Shown: piece after piece, positions 16,821-27,171 of the stretch | Layout: each line of letters begins with the position of its first letter | Numbering within the stretch: the stretch's first letter is position 1 | From: an uncultured Chloroflexia bacterium | GTDB taxonomy: Bacteria > Chloroflexota > Anaerolineae > Anaerolineales > E44-bin32 | Direction: 5' to 3' | DNA length: 64,000 nucleotides | Assembly: GCA_963710255.1 (NCBI GenBank) | Contig: CAVPZJ010000006.1 | Span: 648,826-712,825 of the forward strand | Program-made: the position numbers and the translations under genes | The notes under the pieces: generated by a model | Told to the model about the DNA's origin: nothing | Database searches by the model: none | What the model saw: the letters and a program-made list of their open reading frames with translations, nothing else

Positions 16821-18740
16821 ATGCAGGTATCAGAACTCGAAGGCAAACTGGCGGCGATCCTGCCGTCCGTGATTAAACCTGGCCGGTATACAGGTGGCGA
16901 GCTAAACCAGGTCGTGAAACCGTGGGAAAGCGTCGATGTGCGCGTCGCCCTGGCTTTCCCCGATATTTACGACCTGGGGATGTCCAACCTGGGCCTGGCC
17001 ATCTTGTATGACATCCTGAACCAAGAGCCAGACGTGCTTGCCGAGCGAGTATTTGTCCCCTGGGTGGACATGGAAGAAGCCATGCGCCGGGATGGCCTGC
17101 CTCTCTACGCGCTGGAGAGCAAACGACCTGTCTCGGACTTTGACATCGTTGGCGTTTCGCTCCCTTACGAGACCCTGTACACGAACACCCTCAACCTGCT
17201 CGATTTGGCTGGGATTCCGGTCAGGAGTGCAGACCGCACTCGCCAGCATCCGCTCGTCATCGCCGGGGGACATGCCGCGCATAACCCTGAACCGATGGCG
17301 GCCTTCATCGATGCGTTCGTGATTGGCGAGGGCGAAGAGGTCATCGTCGAGATCGCACATGCCGTCAAGGCGTGGAAAGCAACGGGCAGCGACCGTCAGG
17401 CGCTGCTTGAAACCCTCGCCGGTATATGGGGGGTGTATGTCCCGAGCTTGTACGGGATCGAATATCTCGCAGATGGGACCATTTCCCATCTCGCGCCCTT
17501 GACTGATACTGCCCCGCTGCCAGTCTTGAAACGAATCCTGCCGAAATTACCCGAACCCCTGACCCGCTTCATCGTGCCCTACGTCGAGGTCACCCACAAC
17601 CGCATCCCGATCGAGATCATGCGCGGCTGCACTCGCGGCTGCCGGTTCTGCCAGGCGGGAATGATCACCCGGCCGGTACGTGAACGACCGGTCGAGGAAA
17701 TCCTCGACGCGATCGAAGCGGGAATTAAGCACACAGGGATCGAGGAAGTCGGGCTGCTCTCGCTTTCCTCCTCGGATTTCGACGAAATCGTACCCCTCGT
17801 GCAGGCGGTCAGCACGAGATTTCACGGCCAGAACATCAAGGTTTCGCTCCCCTCGCTGCGCATCGAGTCGGTTTCCGTGGACCTGATGGATGCGCTCCAT
17901 GGGCAATCCTCGCGTGCGGGCTTCACGCTCGCACCCGAGGCAGCCACCGAGCGCATGCGCGAGATCATCAACAAGCCGGTCAGCACCGCACAGCTCCTGG
18001 AGACTGCCCGCGAAATCTACAGCCGCGGCTGGCACACGATCAAACTGTACTTCATGATCGGCCATCCTTCGGAGACGATCGAGGATGTTCAGGCCATCGC
18101 TGACCTATGCAAAGCCGTGCTCGCTGAGGGGCACAAGGTCATCGGAAAGCGGGCCAAGGTCCATGCCGGCGTGAGCACATTTGTGCCCAAGCCGCATACG
18201 CCTTTCCAATGGGTCCCGTGTGACACCATGGACCAAATCCTCGAGAAGCAGGAATTGCTTAAGCGGGAAGTGCGGGGCAAAGGGCTGAAGCTGAATTGGA
18301 ACCATCCCCATGAAACGATGCTGGAAGCGTGGCTCTCGCGGGGCGACCGCCGCATGGCGGAGGTCATCGAGCACGCGTGGCGTGCTGGCGCCCGATTCGA
18401 CGCCTGGCGAGAGCACTTTGCTTATGACCTCTGGCTGAATGCCTTCACGCAAGCCGGGCTTGATCCCGCCTTCTACACGCACCGCGAACGGCCTATTGAT
18501 GAAACGCTGCCCTGGGACCACATCGATGTGGCCGTGAAAAAACAGTACCTTACGGAAGACTACCTTTGGAGTCTTGAAGGCCGGACACGCGTGGACTGCC
18601 GTGAGCGCTGCTTCGCATGCGGCATCCTGCCCAAGTACGCTGGGATGCGGCGCCAGCACCCGGGAGAAGTCTGGGAATGTCCCGAAGTCCGTTCCCCGGC
18701 ACGTGCTATGGCCGACGTGATCCCGCTCGTCTCGGTTTGA
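16821..18740 (+). CDS. B12-binding-domain radical SAM protein (TIGR03960-like)
   Basis: CTRGCRFCQAG is the CxxxCxxC cluster. The N-terminal Rossmann-like/B12-like region and the 639-aa length fit, and the gene is paired with a DUF2344-type gene. Confidence 0.8.
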   Translation: MQVSELEGKLAAILPSVIKPGRYTGGELNQVVKPWESVDVRVALAFPDIYDLGMSNLGLAILYDILNQEPDVLAERVFVPWVDMEEAMRRDGLPLYALESKRPVSDFDIVGVSLPYETLYTNTLNLLDLAGIPVRSADRTRQHPLVIAGGHAAHNPEPMAAFIDAFVIGEGEEVIVEIAHAVKAWKATGSDRQALLETLAGIWGVYVPSLYGIEYLADGTISHLAPLTDTAPLPVLKRILPKLPEPLTRFIVPYVEVTHNRIPIEIMRGCTRGCRFCQAGMITRPVRERPVEEILDAIEAGIKHTGIEEVGLLSLSSSDFDEIVPLVQAVSTRFHGQNIKVSLPSLRIESVSVDLMDALHGQSSRAGFTLAPEAATERMREIINKPVSTAQLLETAREIYSRGWHTIKLYFMIGHPSETIEDVQAIADLCKAVLAEGHKVIGKRAKVHAGVSTFVPKPHTPFQWVPCDTMDQILEKQELLKREVRGKGLKLNWNHPHETMLEAWLSRGDRRMAEVIEHAWRAGARFDAWREHFAYDLWLNAFTQAGLDPAFYTHRERPIDETLPWDHIDVAVKKQYLTEDYLWSLEGRTRVDCRERCFACGILPKYAGMRRQHPGEVWECPEVRSPARAMADVIPLVSV

Positions 18741-18744
18741 CAAG

Positions 18745-19395
18745 ATGGATGAAACACAGCCCGAACGGGTCCGCATCGCTTTTGAGAAGGGGCCAGAGAT
18801 GCGGTACACCGGCCACCTCGACCTGCAGCGCACCTGGGAAAGGACGCTTCGCCGGGCAGGACTCCCGATTGCCTACACCCAGGGGTTCAACCAGCGCGCC
18901 AGGATGCAGCTCGGGCCGGCTCTGCCTCTCGGCTGTACGAGCATCTGCGAACTGCTGGATATCTGGTTAAGCGCTGAAATCGCGCCAGAGGAAGTTCTCG
19001 GCAAACTACGCCAAGCCGCGCCACCCGGGCTCGTGATAATGGATGTAGCTGCAGTCCCACCCGGCGAAGCCGCACTGCAGAACCAGGTTGTGGCCGTGGA
19101 GTATGAAGCCATTTTGCCTGGAGACGGGCGGTCGGAGGACCATCAAGCTGCCGTCGAGGCGTTCCTTGCCCAGGAAAAAATCGAACGGAGCCGGCGTGGG
19201 AAGCGTTATGACCTGCGTCCGCTCGTGCAGGCACTCGAGTGGATCCGGACGCCTGCCAGCGGCGAGAGCATACTGCGCATGGAACTATCAAACCGGGAAG
19301 GCGCAACCGGCCGCCCCGAAGAAGTCCTGCTCGCCCTCGAGATTGATCCAACGCAAGCCTTTGTGCGGCGCACGAAGCTGTTCTTCAACCCCTAG
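18745..19395 (+). CDS. radical SAM-linked protein (DUF2344 / TIGR03936-like)
   Basis: RIAFEKGPEMRYTGHLDLQRTWERTLRRAGLPIAYTQGFN is the family-typical N-terminus. The gene starts 4 nt after the radical SAM gene. Confidence 0.75.
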   Translation: MDETQPERVRIAFEKGPEMRYTGHLDLQRTWERTLRRAGLPIAYTQGFNQRARMQLGPALPLGCTSICELLDIWLSAEIAPEEVLGKLRQAAPPGLVIMDVAAVPPGEAALQNQVVAVEYEAILPGDGRSEDHQAAVEAFLAQEKIERSRRGKRYDLRPLVQALEWIRTPASGESILRMELSNREGATGRPEEVLLALEIDPTQAFVRRTKLFFNP

Positions 19396-19413
19396 CAGCT
19401 TAGAAAAACATGA

Positions 19414-19461
19414 TCTAAATAAATACACGGCGCACATGGATTGCTCGCCAGGTGCGCCGTG
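19414..19461 (-). terminator. terminator of the beta-oxidation operon
   Basis: 10-bp stem CACGGCGCAC/GTGCGCCGTG (19426-19435 with 19452-19461), followed on the minus strand by TATTTATTTA. Confidence 0.6.
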
Positions 19462-19521
19462 CTATCGATCCGACGGCATTCGCTCATCCCGCCCGGGAGA
19501 GCGAACAGCTTGAAGCGGTTG

Positions 19522-19842
19522 TTAGAGATCGAACAGGTTCATGTACTTCATCGCCAGGTTCAGGTCACCCTTCAGCTCGATCTTCTTCGTGGCGATGGCC
19601 GTCATCGGGTTTAACTTCCCGGTCACGAGGTCGATATAGTTTGCGGCGTCAGCTGAGAGTGTCAGATTTGGGTTCTGTGCCTTCCCCGGCTCAACGGTGC
19701 ACTGCTTATCCTTGATGCTGCACACCCAGTCCCCGCCCTCTTCACCCAGGCTGAATTGGATGACCGCGTCGACACCTTCAGCCTTCTCCGGCAGGAATGC
19801 TCCCGGCATCCGCTCCATCAATTCTTTCACTGTCAATGGCAT
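19522..19842 (-). CDS. SCP2 (sterol carrier protein 2) domain protein
   Basis: ..VIQFSLGEEGGDWVCSIKDKQCTV..LTLSADAANYIDLVTGKLNPMTAIATKKIELKGDLNLAMK.. is a typical SCP2 fold signature. Confidence 0.8.
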   Translation of the reverse strand: MPLTVKELMERMPGAFLPEKAEGVDAVIQFSLGEEGGDWVCSIKDKQCTVEPGKAQNPNLTLSADAANYIDLVTGKLNPMTAIATKKIELKGDLNLAMKYMNLFDL

Positions 19843-19869
19843 TGCTCACGCTCCTTTTGTTGGATTTGC

Positions 19870-21042
19870 TTATTGTAGCAAGTTCTCGAAAACACCGGCG
19901 GCGCCCATGCCACCGCCGATGCACATGGTCACCATGACCTTGCCCGCCCCTCTCCGCCGGGCTTCGTGCATGATTTGCACGGTGAGCTTTGCACCGGTAG
20001 CTCCAAGCGGGTGACCCAGCGCGATCGCGCCCCCATTGACGTTGACGATGTCCGGGTCCAGTTCCAGTGTGCGGATCACCGCCAGGCTCTGTGACGCGAA
20101 GGCCTCGTTCAGCTCGATCAAATCGATCTCATCCTGTTCCAGCCCATAGCGTTCTAAGACCTTCGGGATGGCCTTCACCGGGCCAATGCCCATCAACGCC
20201 GGATCCACGCCGGCCACTGCATACCCGACGAAGCGCATCCAGGGCGTAATCCCCAATTCTTCGGCTTTCTCTCTGCTCATGATGACCACGGCAGCTGCCC
20301 CGTCCGAGAGCGGCGACGAGTTTCCGGCGGTGACCTGGCCATCCGGCGCAAAGGCGGGTTTCAGTTTCGCCAGCGCAGCCTGGGTCGTGTCCTTGCGTAT
20401 GAGTTCGTCCTGGGAGAATGACACGACGCGTTCGCCCTCCCGTGTAACCGTTTTCACTTCGAGCGGGACGATCTCATCCTCAAACTTGCCGCTTTCTTGT
20501 GCTTTCGCCGCCTTCTGGTGGCTCTCGTAGGCAAAAGCATCCATCGCCTCCCGGCTGACTTGATATTCGCGCACGACGTTTTCAGCCGTTTGACCCATGC
20601 TGATATAGGCCTCCGGCATTTCGACGACCAGGTCGGGATGCGGGCTGATTCGAAAGCCGGTCATCGGCACCAGGCTCATGCTTTCGACGCCGCCGGCGAT
20701 GATGATGTCCGCCCCGCCAGCGATGATGCGCTCACAAGCCTGCGCGATCGACTGCAGCCCCGATGAGCAGAAGCGGTTCACAGTCATCGCCGGGACGGAG
20801 TCGGGAAAACCGGCGTGGAGCGCGATCGGCCGGGCTACGTTCAAGCCCTGGCTTCCCTCAGGAAAAGCACAGCCGATCACGATGTCATCCACGAGAGATT
20901 TCTCTGGGATGCCCGACCTCTCCCAGGCGGCTTCGACCGCCGCCCGTGCCATGTCCTCCGGCCTGTAGCTGGCCAATGTGCCTTTCTTCGCCCGTCCTAC
21001 GGCGGTGCGTGCGCCAGCGACCAATACTGCCTCTCTCGCCAT
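19870..21042 (-). CDS. acetyl-CoA acetyltransferase / 3-ketoacyl-CoA thiolase
   Basis: NRFCSSGLQ (active Cys), [15 protein letters not shown] and CIGGGMGAA. Confidence 0.93.
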   Translation of the reverse strand: MAREAVLVAGARTAVGRAKKGTLASYRPEDMARAAVEAAWERSGIPEKSLVDDIVIGCAFPEGSQGLNVARPIALHAGFPDSVPAMTVNRFCSSGLQSIAQACERIIAGGADIIIAGGVESMSLVPMTGFRISPHPDLVVEMPEAYISMGQTAENVVREYQVSREAMDAFAYESHQKAAKAQESGKFEDEIVPLEVKTVTREGERVVSFSQDELIRKDTTQAALAKLKPAFAPDGQVTAGNSSPLSDGAAAVVIMSREKAEELGITPWMRFVGYAVAGVDPALMGIGPVKAIPKVLERYGLEQDEIDLIELNEAFASQSLAVIRTLELDPDIVNVNGGAIALGHPLGATGAKLTVQIMHEARRRGAGKVMVTMCIGGGMGAAGVFENLLQ

Positions 21043-21173
21043 GTCCTTATCTCCTTCGCTGCGGGGCGGAACTCAAGGATCCAGCATGCGCGGTCTGGGT
21101 TCGATCCCCATTTTGTGCGCAAGCCCGGATAGCCCCTTCACCCAGGGCCAGGTCCTCCATGTTCCGCCACATC

Positions 21174-23628
21174 CTAGTTGCGCAATGGCTTGTTTTTCTC
21201 GAGCATGTGCTGCAGCCTGTCGAGCGTCTTTGGCTCATGGCATAACTCGAGAAATGCTTCCCGCTCCAGGTCGAGCAAATATTGCTCGTTCACCCAGGTT
21301 GGCTCGGTCAGGTCGCCGCCGCAGAGCACCCATGCCAGCTTGTTGGCGATGAGCGCATCATGTTCTGTCGCCCAGCCTGCCTCGCGCAGACCCCAGACAG
21401 CGGCCCGCAAGGCTGCCAGGACGTCTCGTCCGGCGGCGAAGATCCTTTCCTGCATCGGCGGTTGGTAACCCTCCTGCACCATAGCCAGCGCAGTGCGCTT
21501 CGCCACCGCCAGCAGGTGTTCCTTCTTCATGACGATCCGGTCCCCCGGCCTGAAGAAGCCCATCTCGAAGGCTTCGAACGCGCCTGTGGCCACCTTGGCC
21601 AGCGCAATTTGCTCGAACACCTGCTGCATCACCGAGATCGGATCGGCGTTTTCAATGCGCATGACCGGGTTGATCACCCGGCGGATCATCTCCTTCGTGC
21701 CTGAGCCTGCCGGGATGACGCCGACCCCCATCTCAACCAGGCCGATGAACGTCTCTGCGGCCGCCACGCGGCGGGCGCAGGCCATGCTCAACTCCGCCCC
21801 ACCACCGAGGGTCATCCCGTGCGGCGCCGCGACGATGGGCTTGGGGAAGTAGCGCATGCGCATGAGGGTGTCTTGCATACCGGCGATCTGGTCCTCGATC
21901 TGGTTGAACTCGCCTTGCTGGCCGGCCATCCAGATCAGGAACACATTCGCGCCTGCGCAGAAGTGTTTCCCGTCGTTTCCAATCACAAGCGCATCGAACG
22001 TACCCGCCTCGGCTGCATCCATGGCATGCACCAGCATCTCGAAGATATCCTGGTCGAGCGCATTGGCCTTGGAGTGGAATTCGACCAGGCCAACCCGGTC
22101 GCCCATGTCAATCAAGCTCGCTGAGGCGTTGCTCTTGTGGACCGCCCCTTTGCGTGATTTCATGGCAGCGATCGGCAGGAGCAGTGGATCTTCGGCCAGG
22201 GGCTGGTATTCACCGGACTTGATGTCGTAGAAGCCAACGACCTTGCCCTTCTTCAGCTGGTAGAAGGATTTGTGCCCGTCGTCAAGCATCTTCGTGACCC
22301 AGGGTGCGACCTCGATGCCCAGGGCATTCATTTTCTTGACCGTGTCTTTCACGCCCAGGGCGTCCCAAATCTCAAACGGGCCGATCTCGTTGGCGAACCC
22401 CCATTTCATCGCCATGTCGATGTCCACGAAGCGGTCGGCGATTTCAGGCACACGGCGCGAAGCATAACCAAGGGCGTACGCCGTCGTCTCCCACAGGTAT
22501 GTCGCCAGCCGGCGTGTTTCCGCCGTGGCCTCCTCGCTCTCCGCTTGTTCGACGATCCAACGGTACCGCTCCCCGAGGTCCTCGATTTTCTTGCCCTCAG
22601 AATAGATGTCGAAACGCGGATTCTTGGGGAGGCTCATGCTCCATCGTCTCTGGGTTGAGGACCCAGAATTCTTTGCTCCCGTCTTCCTGGTCGACCCGCT
22701 TATAGAAGCCAACCCTGGTCTTGTTTCCCAGCCATTTCCGTTCCAGCAATCCTTCCAGGAGGCGGACCGAGGCCTCATGCTGGAGCACGTCCCGGCTTTC
22801 ATCGTCTGGGATCAACCCGTACAGGTTGGAACCGACATGCGCGGCCACATCGTTCCCGATCAGGTCGCGCAGTCGGAATATGGCTGTCTTCGGTCGCCCG
22901 ATCAAGTCGCCGGTGATGGCATCGATTTCTTCGATCGAGTACCCGTGATCGAGACCATAAGCGACCTCGTAAGCATTTGTGATTGAGAACATGCGATTGG
23001 CGATGAAGTTGGGCGTGTCTTTGCATAGGACGACGCCCTTGCCCAAGATCTCTTCACCAAAGCGAACGATGAAGTCGGTCACCTCGGGCAGCGTGCCGGC
23101 GTGCGGGATAATCTCCAGCAATTTAAGCCAGCGCGGCGGATTAAAGAAGTGCATGCCGAGCAGATGACCTTGAAAGCCCAGGCTCATGCCTTCCGCCAAG
23201 GCTGCCACGGGTATGCCGGAGGTATTGGTGGCGATAATCGCATGCTCGGCGCGGATCGCCTCGATGCGCTTGAAGAGCGAGCGCTTTATCTCAAGGTTCT
23301 CGACGATGGCCTCGATAATCAAGTCGGCACCGGCGAGCAGCTCGAAATCATCTTCCAGGTTCCCGAGTGTTATCAGCTGCTCGGATTGTTTGCTCAACAG
23401 CGCCGGCGGGCGGCTGCGAGTAACCGCTTTCCACCCTGCTTCGACAATCCGATCCCGGACGGCGTCATCTTCCAACGTCAAGCCAGCCTCGAGTTCGGCT
23501 GGCGTGGGTTCGCCGGGGACGATGTCGAGAAGTACGGTGGGGATGCCAAGACCTGCCAGCAAGGCCGCGATGCCGCCGCCCATTGTCCCCGAGCCAATCA
23601 CGACCGCATTCTGAATTCGATCTTTCAT
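21174..23628 (-). pseudogene. FadN/FadB-like 3-hydroxyacyl-CoA dehydrogenase plus enoyl-CoA hydratase, split by one frame change near 22626-22640 (fragments 22597-23697 and 21174-22802). May be an assembly indel.
   Basis: The N-terminal fragment has VVIGSGTMGGGIAALLA (NAD fold) and HFFNPPRWLKLLE. The C-terminal fragment has the crotonase motif GKHFCAGANVF. The junction reads ..FWVLNPETMEH | ..LPKNPRFDIYSEGKK across the CCTCCCC run. The combined length of about 818 aa matches FadN-type enzymes. Confidence 0.8.
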
Positions 23629-23704
23629 TGGGATTTCTCCTATTCCCCCCGAACCTCTCCAGGGGTGCTGCTCATCGCTGGTCCCTATCGGAGACATTTC
23701 TGCA

Positions 23705-24940
23705 TTAGCTCAGTTCGTGTCGTGAGTATCCCAGGATCCTGCGGGCGACGATCAAGCGGTTGATCTGCCCGGTGCCTTCGTACAGGTCGTTGATCTTGGC
23801 ATCCCGGAACCATTTCTCAAGCAGATACTCACGGCTGAAGCCGAGCGGACCCATCAACTCAACCGCGCGCTGGGTGATCCTCACGACCACATCACCCGCC
23901 TTGACTTTGCACATCGAAGCTTCGATTGTGTTGCCCTTGCGCTCATCTGCCAGCCACATCGCCTTCAGGGTCAGCAGCCATGTGGAGCGCAGCATGACCT
24001 CCATGTCGACGATCTCACGCTCAAGGTTGGTCATGCGGCTGCGCGGCAAACCGTAGCGGATTTCGACCCCACGCTCAACGAGCAATTCCTTTAGAAGTTC
24101 CAGGGTCGCACGGGCGATGCCCAGGGCCGAGGCTGCCACCAGCGGGCGGGTGGCGTCAAAGGTCGCCATTGCGCCCTTGAAGCCTTTCTCCGTCTTCTCC
24201 TTGGCGACTTCCGGGCTCCCCAGGATGTTATCGAATGGGATGCGGCAGTCCTGGAGCACGATGGAGGCGGTATCACTGGCACGGATGCCGAGCTTGTGCT
24301 CGAGCTTGGTTACGCTGCAGCCCGGCGTGCCAGCCTCTACGACGAATGGCCGCACCCCAGCCCGGCCGGCCGATGGGTCGATCGTGGCCCAGATGACCAC
24401 GAACCCCTTCGTGTCGATCAAGGCTTTGTGCCCGGCGGTGACGAAAATCTTTTCCCCGTTCAAGACCCACTCATCCCCGTCACGAACGGCGGTTGTCCGG
24501 ACCTCGGCCGGCATGGCTGAACCGGCATGCGGTTCGGTCAGCGCCATGGCATCGAACGCGGGTTCCTCGCCGCGGAAGCGCGAGAGGAAGCGCTCCTTCT
24601 GCTCTGGCGTGCCGGTCGCATTCACCGCGGCGCCACCCAGCCCCCCACCCGGTGTGCAGAGCCACAATCCCACATCCCCCCACGACAGCATCTCCGCCGT
24701 TACGGCCAGGCGTTGGAAACTGATGCTCGGCCCTTCCTTCTTCTTGGTGCCCGAATCGGTCAGGCTCCCAGCCCCGCCCATCGCTTGCTGGGAGGCATGC
24801 ATGAACTGGATGTAATCCCAGGGGATTTCGTGCTCGTTTTCATCAAAGTAGCGCGAGACCGGCCGCATCATGTTAGCGGCGACGGTTTCCATGATGACGC
24901 TTGACTGTTCTAGTTTTTCGTGGATTCCAAAGCTAATCAT
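23705..24940 (-). CDS. acyl-CoA dehydrogenase
   Basis: ACAD N, middle and C-terminal domains: ..ALTEPHAGS.., ..GEKIFVTAG.., ..YEGTGQINRLIVAR... Confidence 0.88.
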   Translation of the reverse strand: MISFGIHEKLEQSSVIMETVAANMMRPVSRYFDENEHEIPWDYIQFMHASQQAMGGAGSLTDSGTKKKEGPSISFQRLAVTAEMLSWGDVGLWLCTPGGGLGGAAVNATGTPEQKERFLSRFRGEEPAFDAMALTEPHAGSAMPAEVRTTAVRDGDEWVLNGEKIFVTAGHKALIDTKGFVVIWATIDPSAGRAGVRPFVVEAGTPGCSVTKLEHKLGIRASDTASIVLQDCRIPFDNILGSPEVAKEKTEKGFKGAMATFDATRPLVAASALGIARATLELLKELLVERGVEIRYGLPRSRMTNLEREIVDMEVMLRSTWLLTLKAMWLADERKGNTIEASMCKVKAGDVVVRITQRAVELMGPLGFSREYLLEKWFRDAKINDLYEGTGQINRLIVARRILGYSRHELS

Positions 24941-24965
24941 GAGGTTTCTCCTGCTCGCCTTCTGC

Positions 24966-26060
24966 CTAAACCATCGCCAGCCCGGGCATCACCGGGATGC
25001 CGCGGCCATTTCGCATCCACATCTCCACCGGGTGCTCACGGATGTACCCATGGCCACCCAGGACCTGAACCGCCCGGTCGGTGACCATCATGGCGGTATC
25101 CGCTGCGCCAGTCAGGGCCAGGTAGGCTGCATGTCCTGCGTCCGGGTGACCTTCATCGAGCTTCCAGGCCGCCTCCCAGACCAGCAGGCGGTTCGACTCG
25201 ATCTCGATCGCCATCTCGGCCAGCATGAACGCGATCGATTGTTTCTGGGCGATGGGACTTCCCCAGACCTCGCGCTCCTTGGCATAGGGAATGGCGTAAT
25301 CGAGGGCTGCCTTGCTCACACCGATGGCCATGGCTGCTATGGCAACCTGGCTGCTGGCGACGATCTGCTCGCCCGGGAAGGATCCGTTCGACCCGATCAG
25401 GGCTGTTTGTTCGACGCTGACGTCCTCCAGGGTGATGGTGTAGGTGGGAAGCGCCCTGACGCCCAGCCACGGTTCGCGCTCGCTGACCGCAAGCCCCTCC
25501 GCCCCACCCGGTACAACGAACGCCCTCAACTCACCTTCCAGCATGGCGAAGACCAACAGGGAAGCCGCCCTGTCGGCAAAGGGGACAAAGCTCTTGACCC
25601 CGTTGAGCTTGAAGCCGGCCTTGTTTGCTTTGGCTTCAGTCTGCATCATCCCAGGGGTGAAATCGAACGCCGGCTCGACAAAGGCAGCAACGTAGGGCTG
25701 CCATTCACCTTCGATGACCGGCGGGATGAGCGAAGCCTTCTGCTCTTCTGTGCCCCCCAGCAGGATGGGAACGACGTAGCTCGTCGGCGCCATCACGGCC
25801 AGGCTGGCAGCCAGGTCTCCCCAGGCCATCGCCTCCGCGGCGAGAGCGCCGGTGACTGCAGAGTGATCGCCGAAACCTCCATACGCTTCCGGTACGCTGG
25901 CCTGGAGCACGCCCAGCTCCCAGCCTGTTTCGATCAACTTCTGCGGCAGTTCACCCGCCTCATCCGCCTCGCGTGCCGCTTCTCGCAGCTGCTGCTGGGC
26001 GTAGCGATCGACGGCATCGATGAGCATTTGCTGCTCTTCCGTGGGTTCAAAACCATACAT
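24966..26060 (-). CDS. acyl-CoA dehydrogenase family protein
   Basis: MYGFEPTEEQQML.., ..QVLGGHGYIREHPVEMWMRN... Confidence 0.82.
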   Translation of the reverse strand: MYGFEPTEEQQMLIDAVDRYAQQQLREAAREADEAGELPQKLIETGWELGVLQASVPEAYGGFGDHSAVTGALAAEAMAWGDLAASLAVMAPTSYVVPILLGGTEEQKASLIPPVIEGEWQPYVAAFVEPAFDFTPGMMQTEAKANKAGFKLNGVKSFVPFADRAASLLVFAMLEGELRAFVVPGGAEGLAVSEREPWLGVRALPTYTITLEDVSVEQTALIGSNGSFPGEQIVASSQVAIAAMAIGVSKAALDYAIPYAKEREVWGSPIAQKQSIAFMLAEMAIEIESNRLLVWEAAWKLDEGHPDAGHAAYLALTGAADTAMMVTDRAVQVLGGHGYIREHPVEMWMRNGRGIPVMPGLAMV

Positions 26061-27171
26061 GGGGTCCTCCTAGGACAGTGTCGGCGGTCGCTTCAGATCG
26101 CTGTCCCCGCATGCCGACTAAGCTGCCGCCGGGGACCGAGCCTAGACCATCCAGGCATTCACATCGCACATACGTAAGTTTCACATCTCGTTCCGGGTCC
26201 AATGCGTCAATATTGGACAGGCAGAGCAATCCACGCGCGTGCAAGTACTCGACATGCGCCGCCGCCTCCTCCAACGCCAATAGCTCGTGGTAGCCACCCG
26301 TGTCCGGGAATAACGCCAGGGTGAGCTCATAGACCGAGGTCGGCGAGCTGGACAGCTCAAGGATGAGCGCCAGGCGCTCGTCATGGACGGCCTGGATCGC
26401 ATCGATCCTTGCCCTCGATCTCGTGAATCGGCCTGCCGTGGCCTCCGAGGGCGAGGCGAGCGCATTCGGCAAGTGGGCGGATCGCATCGAGCGAGGCCAG
26501 GTAGTGCTCGAGGCCGGTGCTCGAGCGTCAGCCGTTCGGGCGCCTGGTGGGGTGAGGTGTGATCGAGAATATGATCAGCCGTGAGCAATACATCATCGAC
26601 GACGGCGATGACCTGGCCGGGGCAGTGCCCGGGGACGTGCACCAGTTCGATCTCACCAATGTGCATGCCTTGTGCTTCGAAGGTAAAGTCGATCGGGATG
26701 GATTGGAAAAGCATGTTTGTTCAACAGATAGAGTGCGAGCAGCTCTTCCTGCTTTTCAGAGGGGACCCCAGCCTCGATACAGAAGGTGTGCAGCCGGTGC
26801 GCGGAGATGGCCACCCGTCCCTCGTACTGGATTAACACCCGCCGGTCGAGTTCATGAATCCCAAGCGGCGCCTGTGATCGCTCGCGGACAAAATGCAAGC
26901 CCCCGAAGTGGTCGATGTGCCCATGAGAAATCAAGATATGGGTCAGATCTTCCCAGCCAATGTTCTCCGAGAACGCGGACCGCACTTGCTCGAGGCCTTC
27001 CTCAAGCTGAGCGTTGGAATCTCCAAAACCGGAACCGACATCAAACAGCGCAACCACCTCGCCGTAAATAATCAGGTGGGAGAAGCCTTGCAGGTCCGGG
27101 AACAAGTCGAGCGGCAAACGGTAGATCCTGCCACCAGATCGGGTTTCAAAGCGTTCCACGGTTCTGGTCAC
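26047..27171 (-). pseudogene. MBL-fold metallo-hydrolase; reading frame changes at least three times (about 26712-26722, 26515-26530 and 26408-26416)
   Basis: HGHIDHFGG (HxHxDH) is in fragment 26653-27171. ..ELVHVPGHCPGQV.. is in 26181-26714. TGLEHYLASLDAIRPLAECARLALGGHGRPIHEIEG appears only in a third frame (own translation). ..RIDAIQAVHDERLALIL.. is in 26047-26487. Confidence 0.7.

Noticed and set aside
22597-22802. Programmed ribosomal frameshift joining the two halves of the FadN-like gene.
   Set aside because: I saw no slippery heptamer or downstream stimulatory structure. Similar breaks hit many unrelated genes in the window, so an indel or mutation is the simpler explanation.
26501-26530. 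A 13-nt tandem duplication (GTGCTCGAG..GTGCTCGAG) as the cause of one MBL frame break.
   Set aside because: Only 9 consecutive positions match at period 13, not the 13 a clean duplication requires. Deleting any 13 nt there would restore the frame trivially, so the repeat is probably coincidental.
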